A stretch of 64,000 nt of DNA from Bugula neritina (taxonomy: Eukaryota > Animalia > Bryozoa), in assembly GCA_964035545.1 (NCBI GenBank), contig OZ037770.1, positions 14,684,642-14,748,641 on the forward strand, in the 5' to 3' direction. Below are positions 51,666-64,000 of this stretch, in pieces. The notes under the pieces are model-generated. The model was given only the letters and a program-made list of their open reading frames with translations. It was not told the DNA's origin and did no database searches. A program made the translations under genes and the position numbers. Numbering within the stretch: position 1 is the first letter of the stretch; every line of letters begins with the position of its first letter.

Positions 51666-54600
51666 GAACTCGAAGGCTTGCGATGGACACAGGACCTGTG
51701 GAGAATGTACCCGAGCGTCTCACCAATCTACTTCTGGAATCCTAAAGTGTTGGTGGTGCCCACTGACCCACACATGTCTGTCAGAAGACACCAGTAAGTG
51801 TAGTCTTCAACTGTGATTAGATATATGTGCTGCTGTGTATAACATTGAAGCTCCTGCCATGATCCTTTAACAATATTACATAATTTATTCATATTAATCA
51901 TGATTCAGTTGTAAAGTGTGTTGATATATTTGAAAATCTTTTAATTAATTTATATATAAAAAAGACTAAATTTTAATTAGCTATGATTCATAATTTAGTA
52001 TATTCTAAATTACACAGTGTCATTTAATTCTGCATTATTGCAAATTAATTATGAAATATATAAATTTCTATTTTATGGCTAAAATATTCAAATATTACTT
52101 AATTGTTTTATGCTCTAGCATTTGGCAGTGATTGTGAAAATCAGCACAATGTTAAATCACCGTCTCAGTGCGCTGCTGTGGCTGACCCTCCCATGAAATA
52201 CGACAGCAAACTAGCAGAAGAACTTGCCAAGTGGTCATCTCTAGCTTACGTAGATCCCAGATCATATGATAATTCCTCTATCCAATCAACAGTCTTCTCA
52301 CAATTCAACGGCAGATATGAGGTATTGATTTGAGAATCACTGAATGTGGCACAAAGTTTGGGGTCACCAATTAAAGCATTTGCATAGATAACCGCAACTA
52401 CCGCGGTGACCCGTAACTTTGTGCTGCCTATAGCAGTTTCCAATGTGTTTATATACCTGGGTTGAAGAACTCGGTGTTGGTTGCACCTTACCCTTTTATC
52501 ATTTAACTTTTAACCTTTGATCCTGTTTTCACATCCAGGTCGCAGAATTTCTTGAAGCTAACTGTGAGTGGTTCAACGATTATAAGAATTGTGATGCAGT
52601 GGTGGCGAAGTCTCAATCTGAAAACAGAATCGTTGTTGCCTTTGAAGGGTCACCTACCGAAGAGGTTGTTAGACGCCAATCGCAAGCTGGTCTCATCGTA
52701 ATGACTGACTTTGAAGCAACCGGTGGTCAGGTCAGGGTTAAAGCTCTTATTCAAAACTAAAATGGTTTGATGTAAAGGCAGTCAATTTATTCCTGTGTTT
52801 ATTGTTTTAGATATTTGATTTCAGTATTCAAAAGCATGAAACACTTTACCCTTGCGTAAAGTCTTTGGTAGAGGAGCTTTTAGCATCTCAACCTACTGCA
52901 GAAGTCATGGTTACCGGACATTCCTTAGGTTAGACATCAAGTCTTTTAGCATTTGGTCTGAAACTATTTTGGTCACAGCAATTGCTTATTTTTCTAGCAC
53001 AGTTTGATGTATTCTAAACATACTCATATAAGCTCAATTCCTTTACAATTATTCCAGAACTTATTCAGAAACAATTTGTATTGCATGGTTGTTAGAAACT
53101 ATTCTATTAATTTGAAAATTTATAGGTTGATAAACATTTTTCACAGATTAACACAAAACCTATTATAAGTTGAGTTGTTCAATAAGAATTATGCTGCTGA
53201 TGTAATTTTAATCAAGATTTCCTTGAAGAAACTTTAGCTCGAAATCCATAGGTAATTAAAACTTAGTTCTATTTAAAGCAAATGATGAAATCTTGACTAT
53301 TTTGAAAACTAATTTTATTGAAAATGATGTCACATTTACCTTGCACGGCACACGTTCTAATATTGTTACCTATTGTATAATTGTAATATTTTTTTAAGGA
53401 GGAGCTCAAGCACAGCTAGCTGCAGCTCACCTGGTAAAAGATGTAGTTGTCTCCTCGGATAAGCTGCATGTCTACACCTTTGGTTCTCCCAGAGTGGGGG
53501 ATAAAGACTTTGCTTATGGATATGATAGAGTAAGTGTAGCTATAATAAATACAGTCATAACACTATTGTATTGAACTAGATGAAGGAGGAAAGGGTTATG
53601 ATACAGCTATTTCCTTTTTTGCTTGCGGCATTTTAACTGAAGAAGAAATAGCAAAGTTTATTTGCCAAGACAGATTTTATAAAAAAAATACTAGCGTAAT
53701 AAAAAGTCTTTTTTGTTTTTAGATAGCATATCTACCTCATAGGAGTGTTTTGTTGTAAATAATATAATATCACATAATTAAAATTTAATAAATTTGTTAC
53801 AACTGTTACTTTTTTGGTGATGTACAGATTGTGAATGTGTAGCTATAAAATTATTATGAGTAAGCGATTGTAAAAAAGTCATTGTGAGTAAGTGATTGTA
53901 ATAAAACTTACAGTTAGCACAAAGTGTTATGTTGTCCAACTATAGTTATTAAGTTTTTAATTACCCCATATAATGCCCATCTTTAAACTTCCTTTCTCAT
54001 GAACATTAGAAAAGTGGCACAAGTCGTTTCTTATTACTAAACATGCTAACTTTGTTCTAGCTAATGGGCAACAGTTGGAGAGTGACAAGGATGCATGACC
54101 CTGCTCCATTGGCAGTCCCCAAGTACAGTAACTTGTTCGGCTACCACACAAGAAGAGAAGTGTTTTATGAAGATGTTGATGTCATGAACTCCACAACTGA
54201 CTACACCATCTGCATGTCAAATGAGGTGAGCAAACCAACTATAACTGGTGAAAGTAGCGATTGGATGGAATTCAAACACGAGACTTGCGGCTTGCAAGCA
54301 GGCGCACTACTATTACACCACATGGGGGCTACTTGTTAAAATCAGCATTAAAACATGATGTGGCTATATGACTTATAATCAAATAAATTAAGACCCAATA
54401 TTTAAAAAAAATATATTTGTAAAGTTGAACATTGTTTCTCTCGATCACTATGTTTGTAATACAGCCTGAGAGCAATCTATTTATGCTGATATTGCATGGC
54501 TGTGGCTGATCAAATATCATATGCATTATTCATGCTGTTGAGTCCTGTTTTGGCTACAGGATGGCGAAGGATGCACTGAAAAGGCAGGAATGTGTAGTGA

Positions 54601-54733
54601 ACCATCATGTTTTGAGCTTCACCATAACAGATATTTCATGTCCAACCTTCCTCTACACATGAGAGAATTATTACAAGAGGGGAAAACTCCAGCTAGCAAT
54701 AAAAGAATGACATGCACGTCCTATATTGTCTAA
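51666..54733 (+). CDS. PSI-like + class-3 lipase unit 6 (intact triad, no own ATG or signal peptide), probably the C-terminal half of a unit 5-6 fusion; exons 51666-51793, 52119-52321, 52539-52730, 52811-52928, 53399-53529, 54061-54225, 54560-54733
   Basis: NSKACDGHRTCGEC...CWWCPLTHTC, AFEGS, GHSLGG, YTFGSPRVG, MHDPAP, LHHNRYF. The first exon starts at a tttag acceptor, with an in-frame TAG upstream and no ATG between. Confidence 0.88.
54262..54325 (-). mobile_element. tRNA-derived SINE-like repeat, family A (diverged)
   Basis: Minus strand GTGGTGTAATAGTAGTGCGCCTGCTTGCAAGCCGCAAGTCTCGTGTTTGAATTCC. Confidence 0.6.
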
Positions 54734-55685
54734 CATATTGTTATTAATTCAGAACTGACTAGGATCGGTTATACCAGAAACGTTTAAATTGTTATAGTCC
54801 AGTGAGAGTGCTACACTCATCAAGTTAGCAAATAAATGTTTCATTTGGGTCTTTTGTTTGCATTTTAAACAGAATTATACAAAATAACATATTGTTTTAT
54901 TTTACTGCAAAATTTTAATTGTGAACTTTTAACAATTTATTTTATAAATAAAACAAAATGTAATAAATATAGTATAGATCTGATATATTATTTGATTTAT
55001 TTGCAGGTAATGATATATTATGTTTAATATTATAAAGCTTTGCTACTGTTTACAAATTAATTTTAAGTTGAAACCAATTGTTGCAAGAACAACAATATAA
55101 ATTTGTATTCTTTGATTAAATTGTATACAAAAAATAGCTGATGCTATAATAATTAAAATCTTTTAATTGCAACACAACATTTTTTTTCATGTTTCCAAAA
55201 TAGCCATTAATGATTAATTAGCAGCTGGTGAAAACTTTACCAAGAGCTTTATATAATAGAGACAAAGGAAAACAAGCTTCTTTTACGATAAATAGCTAAA
55301 TATTCAAAATGTATTCTTTTATTCCAATACCAGTTTAAAATAATCATGCAAAGCGTATCCAACTAGTACGTAAATAGCATTATACAAAAAAGCATTTCTC
55401 TTATCTGACGAATCGCATACTTGTATAACACAGATTTAATTATATATGCACCAAGATATACTAAGTGGTTATCCTAAACAAGCTGTGTATAATTAATTTA
55501 TAACACTTTGCATGCTTCGTGCTGAAACTAGTACTCTTATATGATACTAAGATGTGAATCATGAAAATCTCTCTCTATATAATCTTGTTTTTGAATAAAA
55601 CTCACCCAAGTTTATAGTCACCATTCCTGTGAGAAATCTTTGATATGAAGGGTTTTTGTTAAAGCGGGCTAAGGACTTATTTAAA

Positions 55686-55796
55686 TGAGGCACAGGAGCA
55701 ATGACTGGATGCTCTTCCTAACATCACCAATAATGGCCTTTGTCCTCGAACCCACGACCTTCGGGTTTACCAGGCGAACATCCAACTACTAGACTA
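55686..55796 (-). mobile_element. SINE-like repeat, family B
   Basis: Minus strand GGTCGTGGGTTCGAGG...GGTGATGTTAGGAAGAGCATCCAGTCATTGCTCCTGTGCCTCA. Confidence 0.7.
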
Positions 55797-56327
55797 TTGT
55801 GAAAGATGACATGTTAGATTAAAATGGAATGAATAACTAGACATGTGTATAAAGCATAACAAATCTTACAGTCGCTCTGAAAATGCATTCTTTATAAATA
55901 ATTTTTAGTGCAGATATATTGAGTCAGATTGGAAGAAAGATGGAATGCAGTTTCCTTAGCCTTTATGTTCTGTGCAGGATATAAAGAAACTATAGAGTCA
56001 TTAAAAAAAGGTTTTCTTCTCTTACAGTTTAGACTTTAGACTATCACCTCTTGCATAGTTTACACAGCTAGTTCGTCTTTCACTACAGACAACTGAAAAC
56101 TTTAGACGTTTTATATTATTATCTGTTATTTTTGCCAAGTGGATATATTATAGGTGCACTTGATGTCTTATAGTACTTTTACATTGTTACTGGTCTAGTC
56201 ATACTTGCAAATGTTTGCAAGTATGACTAAAAGTATTACATTCTATTAATTCTAGAATGTACTAATTCTCCACATTTACATTATTCTGGCTGTACCATCA
56301 CAATTTGTGTGTAAGACTACCTTAGAC

Positions 56328-56592
56328 TATAGCACCTGTTGATAATGTCATATAGCTGCAACTCTCTATATATAACCAACTTGTGTGTGCATTGTTCAGC
56401 TTACTAGCACCTGTTTACAGTGTTATTATATAGCACTTGTCAAAGTGTCATAAACCATTAGTTGACAGCATTATATCACCTGTTGACAGTGTCAAAGCAC
56501 TTATAGTGACAGTGTCATATATAGCTCTTGGTGATAGTGTCATATATAGCACCTCTTAACAGTGTCATATAGCACCTGTTGACAGTGTCATA
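56328..56592. repeat. Degenerate ~22-bp repeat (ATAGCACCTGTTGACAGTGTC) just upstream of the DEG/ENaC start
   Basis: About 8-9 imperfect copies. Confidence 0.75.
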
Positions 56593-56648
56593 ACTGTGAC
56601 TATCTATACACCAACTTGCTGCATGGATAGAAATCTCCAGAGTATATT

Positions 56649-59600
56649 ATGGCTGAAGAGGAACAGAAGGAACAAGTTCTGTCACCAAAACTAAAGACTG
56701 TGTTCCAGAGTTTCTCACAAAACACAAGTGCTCATGGGCCCCCAAAGGTATAATTGGTATCTATATTCTTAGTTTATTGGCTATTTAACCTTATTGATTA
56801 AGTAGCTATATAATTTGCAGTATATAAGCTTATGTTGACTCATTGCACAATTGACAGCCCAAGAATATCTTTTCTATTTAAATAATAGCATATAAACTAA
56901 TACAAACAAAAGTCATAATATCAACATAATAGGGGTAAGGGGGGGGGGGGGGGGCACAACGGGCCGAATTTTGCATTTGTTGCTCTCATTCGTCTGTTTT
57001 TCAAGTTACTAGTTCAATAATCTCTAGTCTTAATGCTATATTTGTTGTCTATTACAGGTACCAGTTTATTGTTTCTATCTCTTTCACAACTTTCAGAATT
57101 ATGAAATTTTCATGACGAAAAAATTGGCCCATTGTGCCCCGTTACCGGGGTACAATGGGCCACTGGGTGGAACACAACAAATATATTGAAATTTTGCGTA
57201 TTTTGTTATATCTGATTTTTATTTATTTAATAATGCAAATAAATAAAGATACTCATTCAGATCTACAGCAAAATTCATGTTTTAGCTATACAGTTTGTGC
57301 CACTACGGATAGCAGAGGAAGGCCCAAAATCAAACGCACGTCACTCGGTTCTGCAGTGCCATTATCATTACTGTTCAAAACTAAAAATGTTTTGTTATTT
57401 TCACTTCAGAACAACGTTTATTAAAAAAAAACTTTACTAAAATGTACTACAAAATTCTGAGTGAACTTTTTTCAATGAACTGTAGCTAAGGTGCATGCAT
57501 GGCTGAGGTTTGTGACTGGAGTACGGAAGGGAGAGGGGGGGAGCAAATAAGCAAATGAGCAAATCACAATTTATTTCAGTCAAATGCATGTATATTCTCT
57601 CAATGGTGTATAATATATAATGAATATCATGACTATCTACTAGTAGCAACAGCAGAGTGTTTTGTATTATGTATAAAATGGCAAAGCTATAACCTCACCA
57701 GATGTATATATTAAGGGAGCTTCACCTTGTAGTTTTGTAGTCTTACCATGATGTCTTTGATATTTTACAAAAAGGTCAGAAATGGCTATATTTATAGATT
57801 TTAGTAACAGTTCAACTAACTTTTTGGGCAAACAAACTAATAACAGTGATCAGGGTGCAATAATCAGGCGGCCCATTGTGCCCGGTGTGGCCAGATTGAA
57901 AATAAATGTGCCTCAAGGAAAATTTATTTCAGTGTTTGCTGTTATACTAATTAAGCATTGTAAAGACAAGCAATGGCAACAATATTAGTAAAATCTAGGC
58001 GTCTTGCCTTTGAGTGTAAAAAGTTATAAGGCTTCAACGACATCCTAAAAAAATTACAAAAAGTAGGTAAAAACAGTTTTTTACTCGCCTTTTCAACATT
58101 TATGTTCCGCAAGTGTTGAAACTACAAAGGCTGAATAATTATGTCAATATCTTTTTATGAAAAAAAATCACAACTCTAAGTCAATAAGTTCTCTCACAAT
58201 TTGGCCGGCTTTTTGTACCCCTATGACCGTTGTGCCCCCCCCCCCTTACCCCTACTATAATTTTGTTTAGGTTTTCTTTATTTGTTAGTTTAATGCTCAA
58301 CTGCTTTTCTGAAAATATAAAGTAAATCCATTGTAGTATTTTACCTAATCAGAGTTCTTGCAACAGTTATGAACATATACATATATAATATATACCACTG
58401 TCACTATAATTTATAAGAACCATATACTTATCGGCTGCTGTCGCTAATTTCATAACAGCAGTGCTTTTTAACACAAGCTACAATTATGCTAGTAGCTCTG
58501 GTAGTTGATCAAAAGCTGGGCGTTAAGCCCAAAGCTAACATTGTTAAATTTTAGTTTTAGCAATAACCCACTGTAGTAATCTAACAATCCAATGTTCAAT
58601 TTATCAAGCTTCACAGTTGATCTTATTAATTCATTTCCTTGTCTCCGCAGATAGTTGAGCACAAATATGCGGTTGGTAAGATTTTCTGGGTGGTCTTATT
58701 TCTCACAGGTATTTGTGTGTTTGGATACTTCAGCTTTGAGTTGATAACAAAATACAAGAAGTATGAGAGTACAACTGATATTCAGGTATTTTTATATTTT
58801 AATTGTTGCTATTCTCCAACTCTGAATAGAATAAGTGATGTAACGTACAATTTATATTCAGTAAATATTGTTTTGTTATAAATATACGCCCTGGTGATTG
58901 TCTATAACTGAAATTCTTACTGTTGCATGTGTTGAGATGTGCAGCATTATATAGATGGTTTTTTTTAAAAATATAATCAAAATAATATGAAAAATTCTTA
59001 GTTACACAGACTTGCATATTATATTAAATAAGTGGGTAGAAAATAATTTTCAATTCAGAAGAGTTTAGAGAGAGCAACTCCTAAAGCGTAGAAGTTTTAA
59101 CAAATGGCAGAACTGTTGTGTCAAAATATTTTACGTTCCAAATTCAATCTTAAGAAAGGAACTAGCAATGAAAATTGTTGACATTATGTAGTTTTTCATG
59201 CGCTTCTTCCGCTCTAGACCAAATCACTGGACTAAACAAAAATAGTTTGATTCTTTAAAAAAATTAAAATAATTTTAATTTAATTGTTAGTAAATGATTA
59301 CAGATGAAGTATGGCACACTTAACTTTCCAGCTGTTTCTATTTGCAACCTCAACGTGTTCAGATCTGACAGACTAACTCCAATGGTTCGGTACATTTTGG
59401 ACTATTATGGTAACTTTTTGGACGTTCAAGCAAACAGTGAGTATAAACATACATATTTGGACTCATGAAGCTGAGAAATAAAACATGCCAGATATGCCAT
59501 TGATATACCTGGTCTACCAGCAAAATTCATCAAATATTATGCTGTTGCTAGCTTTGACTTACGGCAATTAGTAACAGGGTGAGTTGAAAAAACCTTTTGA

Positions 59601-62455
59601 TAAATCGCAGGCTACTTCTAGCTACCATCCTAAACTTTCTAAGTATGTTACCTCAGTCTTTACATTAGAGAAGGTTTGGAGTCTAAAAAAATTCAAGGGT
59701 CAATTTTTTAAATTTACTAAACTGAGCAACGAAAACATGTGAAATAAATTTAGTGAAACTAAAATTTGCTGCATTTCGTATAGGAATATAATATGCTAGA
59801 AAACAAGATTATATACAATAAATGCTATTACTGTACCATATGGTATATATATAGCAAAAAGCTATTGATATTTTCACAATTCCATTTTAATAAAATTTTC
59901 AGCATAATTCATATGACAATATACTTAGACTGTGATCTGAATTATATAACCAGGAGCATTGATGGGGACTACTGCAATACCCGGAATATTCAATGAAACA
60001 TCTAATACATCCTCTGGTACCACAACACCAGATACAAATGCTGAGCCAGAACCATTCTATGGTGTCCCACTATCAAAAGAAGAAATGATATTTCTAGGAG
60101 ATTTGGTAAGAAGCTAGACTGCATTTTATGTGTGAAAAAATAGTAAAATAAAAGATATAAATTCCTAAACCTATTTTATATTCCCATATGCTATTTTAAA
60201 ATTATTGTTTGATTCGAATGTAGAGTTAGACAATTCTAATAAATAACAAATTCTGTTATTGAATTAGTCAAACATATTTTTTCAATTACTATACAGTGCT
60301 TGAAAGGCTGTATTATGTTAACAAAATTAAATAGATGAAAAACGTTTCTATGTGAAATTATTACTAAAATGTTTACATATGAGTCAACATGCTTTAGAAG
60401 TTTCTATTCTGTACACAGAACTCGAAACCTACTACCCGCCTAAGGATTTAACTAAAAAGGACCTGGACTGGTTTCAAACACTTGGCTATTTATCAGCTGA
60501 AATGCAAGTGCTGCTGACACTGAGGAACATGGATCCCCAACCAGAAAAAGTCCTAATAGGTAAAATTATTATACCACAGCGCAATGTCAAAGTCATTTCA
60601 CTGTTAATTTGTGACTCTTGCATATTTAATCTTTTTTTTTATTTTAGCTCGAGGGCACGACATTAGAGACATGCTAGTGGAATGTACATTTCAAGAAAAC
60701 TCTTGTAGTCTACGGTACGTGAAATAAATAATGTACCTTATTGAAGTTAAATTTTATATTGTTATTGCCCTATAGCTGTTATACGCGTATGTAGTTAGCA
60801 AGTACATTTTACCTAAATTAAGAGCAAAAATAATTAATTTCAAAGATTATTAATTTTTTGTGTTAAAACCTACGCTACAGGATGTTATTATTTTATTAGT
60901 GTTAATCAAATATTTAACTTTCAGCTTGCACCAGTAAGCTATATGCAGTGCACAAAATATTGTTTTTATCTTTCTTCAATTTAGTTCAAATATGCATACA
61001 TACTTACTTTATTACACTAATAAGGAAAATCTACTTCTTCATAATTTATGTTGTAGAGAGATTTTCATGTAAAGTTTCCTGCAGTTTACCACACTTTAAA
61101 TCACATTTATCAAGTTTCAAATACCAAATATCCTACAAGAGGAGGCAATTACAATATATTTAAAATGTATTTATGAGAAAAGTTGAATCAGCGTGTAGAT
61201 ACGCTACATGCAGTTGGTATGCATTACATGTAGTCTTACTAACGAAATATATACTTTGACTTTTCTATTCTGACAGAGACTTCTACCACTTCTATGACAA
61301 AAGATATGGGAATTGCTACACTTTTAACAGCGGACTCAATGGCAGCTATTTTCAGTCGGCTGTAGCTGGACAGAACCCAGGTGCATGTGCTGTTATAGAC
61401 TATAAGCAATCAGTCAATAAGAGTTTTAATTTCAAAGTAAAAATAAACCTTAGTTACTTCTCACTAAATCTTGCTAATTTATAAATTGCAGAGTTTGGTA
61501 TGCTAATTTTATAAATTAACCAGAAACAGTCAATTGTTAGGAGAAAATCATGTTTCCTAAATATGGCAGCGCTACATATTTTCTCTAAAGAATTATTGAG
61601 TTAATTGAATAAAAACATGCTCATTTTTTCCAATTACTTTGGTCTAAACATTTTTTTCTCCTTAGGCTAGGCAGTGGCTAACAGGAAGCTAGTAGGGTTT
61701 AATTGTGCGAAAGATTACATGACAAATTAATTGTATAAGAAACTGCTTGAAGGTCTGTCCATGACATTCTTTGTGAACCAAGAGAACTATGAGCCTCTTT
61801 TGAGTCATCAGGCAGGAATAAGAGTTCTTCTTCACAGACAAGGAGAGCTGCCGATGATTGCTGACCAAGGTTTCAATGCTGCCACTGGTTTGAAGACCTC
61901 TGCTGCTATGAGTTATGTAGGTTTCTTTAACTACTAAAACCTTTTATGTATAATAAGTTTTTTCATGGAATATTATAGATTAAGTAGCATTAATTTGAAG
62001 ATATAGTATGATCTACAGTTTGCCAAAAGTTTTATGATGATTTTTCTCACGAGAAGTGTATTGAAGTTTTAATTAACAAAATAAGCCAACGAATCGAAAA
62101 AAACCTTACCATGATTAAACAAATTTCACTGAAAGCTTGTTATAAAATATACCCTTTAAAGATTGTATTATAATATAAAGGTTATTTTGTGATTTCAATG
62201 AGAATTGTACAATAAACTTCTAGTTGGAAATTGTCTCGCACAGCCATTTTTATCTTAGAGGAAAACTAACAAACATTTATTTTAATTACAATTTGCCAAA
62301 AATTTAATTATTTTTATTGCATTTTGCAGTCCACTATTAATAGACTTGAAGGAAAACATTACAGTAACTGTACAAATGATCTCTACACTCAAGATGACGT
62401 TAGTCCTGGTCTCTACACTCAGCTGGTATAAGTATAATCTCAGGCTAAACTTTTA

Positions 62456-62496
<41 letters not shown>

Positions 62497-63217
62497 CGAA
62501 AGAAATAGAAAATTTGCTACGTAGCCTGAGTTCTTTATTGAACATTTAGCAAGTTTTACTCACTTTAGGGGTGCTACAGAAGCTGCTTACAAAGACTCTC
62601 CATAGAGAAATGTGGATGTGCAAACCTCCGCTATAGAATACCAGCTTCATCTGCTGCATGCTCAGATTTCACTACTGGTATGACAACTCCGAATGTATTA
62701 GTTTAAATTATGACAAAGTCAATTTTAATTTAGTGTTAGATAAAACCGGCATACGGTTATAGTATGGTACTCTAAACAATTGTTAGCATGTTTATATTTG
62801 ATTGCTGTAGATAAATACTCTACAATGTTTATCTTTTGATGTATAGTAATTATATAAAATTATTTCTCTGTCAACTTTATTTGGATTAGCGACTGTAATT
62901 TAAAAGTTATAAAATGATCAAACTATTTGGTTAGTAAGAATTAACTAAATCATATAGTAATCTAACCAATAAACTTTAAGATTATTCTTAAAACACATTT
63001 TATCTAACAGATCGTATTTTTGCTATAGTTGGTAATTTTACTCAACAGGTTTAATAGTAATACCAGTTTCTTGTGGAATTTATTTACAGGAATTTGTGTT
63101 CGAGATGTAGAAATAAATATTGTGTATGAGAAGGACTGTGCTTGTCCCCCTCCTTGTAAAGAAGATGAATATCACTACACCATCTCTACCAGCGAATGGC
63201 CTTCAGTCAAGTATGGA
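56649..63217 (+). CDS. DEG/ENaC (amiloride-sensitive sodium channel family) subunit, 3'-incomplete; exons 56649-56747, 58651-58785, 59304-59436, 59954-60105, 60445-60559, 60648-60714, 61277-61380, 61753-61916, 62330-62425, 62569-62677, 63090-63217
   Basis: NTSAHG gating motif, TM1 (KIFWVVLFL), FPAVSICNLN, DMLVECTF, YGNCYTFN, GIRVLLH, CYRSC...CGC, CACPPPC...YTISTSEWPS. Boundaries of exons 4-5 are less certain. Confidence 0.92.
56930..58254. mobile_element. ~1.3-kb non-autonomous TIR DNA transposon (probably Tc1/mariner-pogo type, TA-flanked) in DEG/ENaC intron 1
   Basis: TA-GGGGTAAG(G)nCACAACGG ... CCGTTGTG(C)nTTACCCC-TA; internal TIR-like motifs GGCCCATTGTGCCC at about 57126 and 57870; no transposase ORF. 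Confidence 0.85.
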
Positions 63218-64000
63218 GTGAGTCACCTTTAGGTTCTGCTACGGCGATTTGTCCACTGTTGAATTATACATTATTTCAAACATCACCCAGCCTGTTAACC
63301 TGTTAAAAACAAAGCAAAGTAATTTAAATTTGTCACAAAGCTTGTTTCCTTACCTTATAAATAATATTTACTTAGTTTATGAAAAGCATTGTCAAAGCAT
63401 GCAGCTACATGTAACTGTTGTATCTTTGTTTTAAAGTTACAATGAAATTAAATAATTCATGCAAATGTTTCTTTGAATAATATGCTTATTTGTTTTTTAA
63501 ATTTAAAAAACAGCCAAAAATTAGAAAAATGATGTTAGAAAGAAGCAAATCTCTCAACATTTCCTTTGCAAACACTTCAAGGTGAGACTGCATTACGTAA
63601 TAACTCTATTTACTAAAGAATTGTATATTCATTATAGTTGAGGTTAAAATACGACTTGCTCTTTAATAAAACATTGAAAGTTGTTTTATGAATTTGTGGA
63701 ACTTGATAACAGTACTAACACTCTCGGTAGGCATGTTGAATACACATGCTCATTGTGATAGAGTTGATTATTAAAAATTACTACACATGATAGCTAACTT
63801 GCCCCTTGAGTTATACCTTTATAAGCATGTCACACTTTGTACTTACCTTAATACAAATGTTAAATATACATTCTTTGTCTATGTAATTTGAAATTTCCAG
63901 AGTAAAATTTAGATTTACTTTATGATGTAAGAGAATATCCCATAGTTTGTATTACTTTTATTTAAAGTATAAAGGAAGAACTTACAAGCATAGATATATA

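Noticed and set aside
59929-59996. Apparent premature stop in DEG/ENaC exon 4
   Set aside because: The acceptor at 59953 gives an open frame, so there is no evidence of pseudogenisation

Overview
AT-rich, intron-containing genomic DNA from an animal, probably an invertebrate; the species cannot be determined from the sequence. Gene models were built by hand from splice sites and reading phases. Minus strand: the 5' end of an arylsulfatase, a 3-exon basic orphan gene of about 128 aa, a beta-1,4-GalT/GalNAcT (GT7) gene with one GC-AG intron, a 3-exon secreted Cys-rich orphan of about 147 aa that the ORF track misses, and NACHO/TMEM35. Plus strand: six tandem 7-exon PSI-like + class-3 lipase units (25.7-54.7 kb), then the 5' part of a DEG/ENaC channel whose first intron holds a 1.3-kb TIR element. 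The most notable system is the lipase array. Units 1, 4 and 5 lack the predicted catalytic His. Unit 6 has no start codon or signal peptide, but an in-frame splice donor overlapping the stop codon of unit 5 joins the two, predicting a secreted protein of about 752 aa with an inactive and an active lipase domain. Exons show patchwork near-identity between paralogs. Two tRNA-derived SINE-like families, several mini/microsatellites and near-perfect palindromes are also present.
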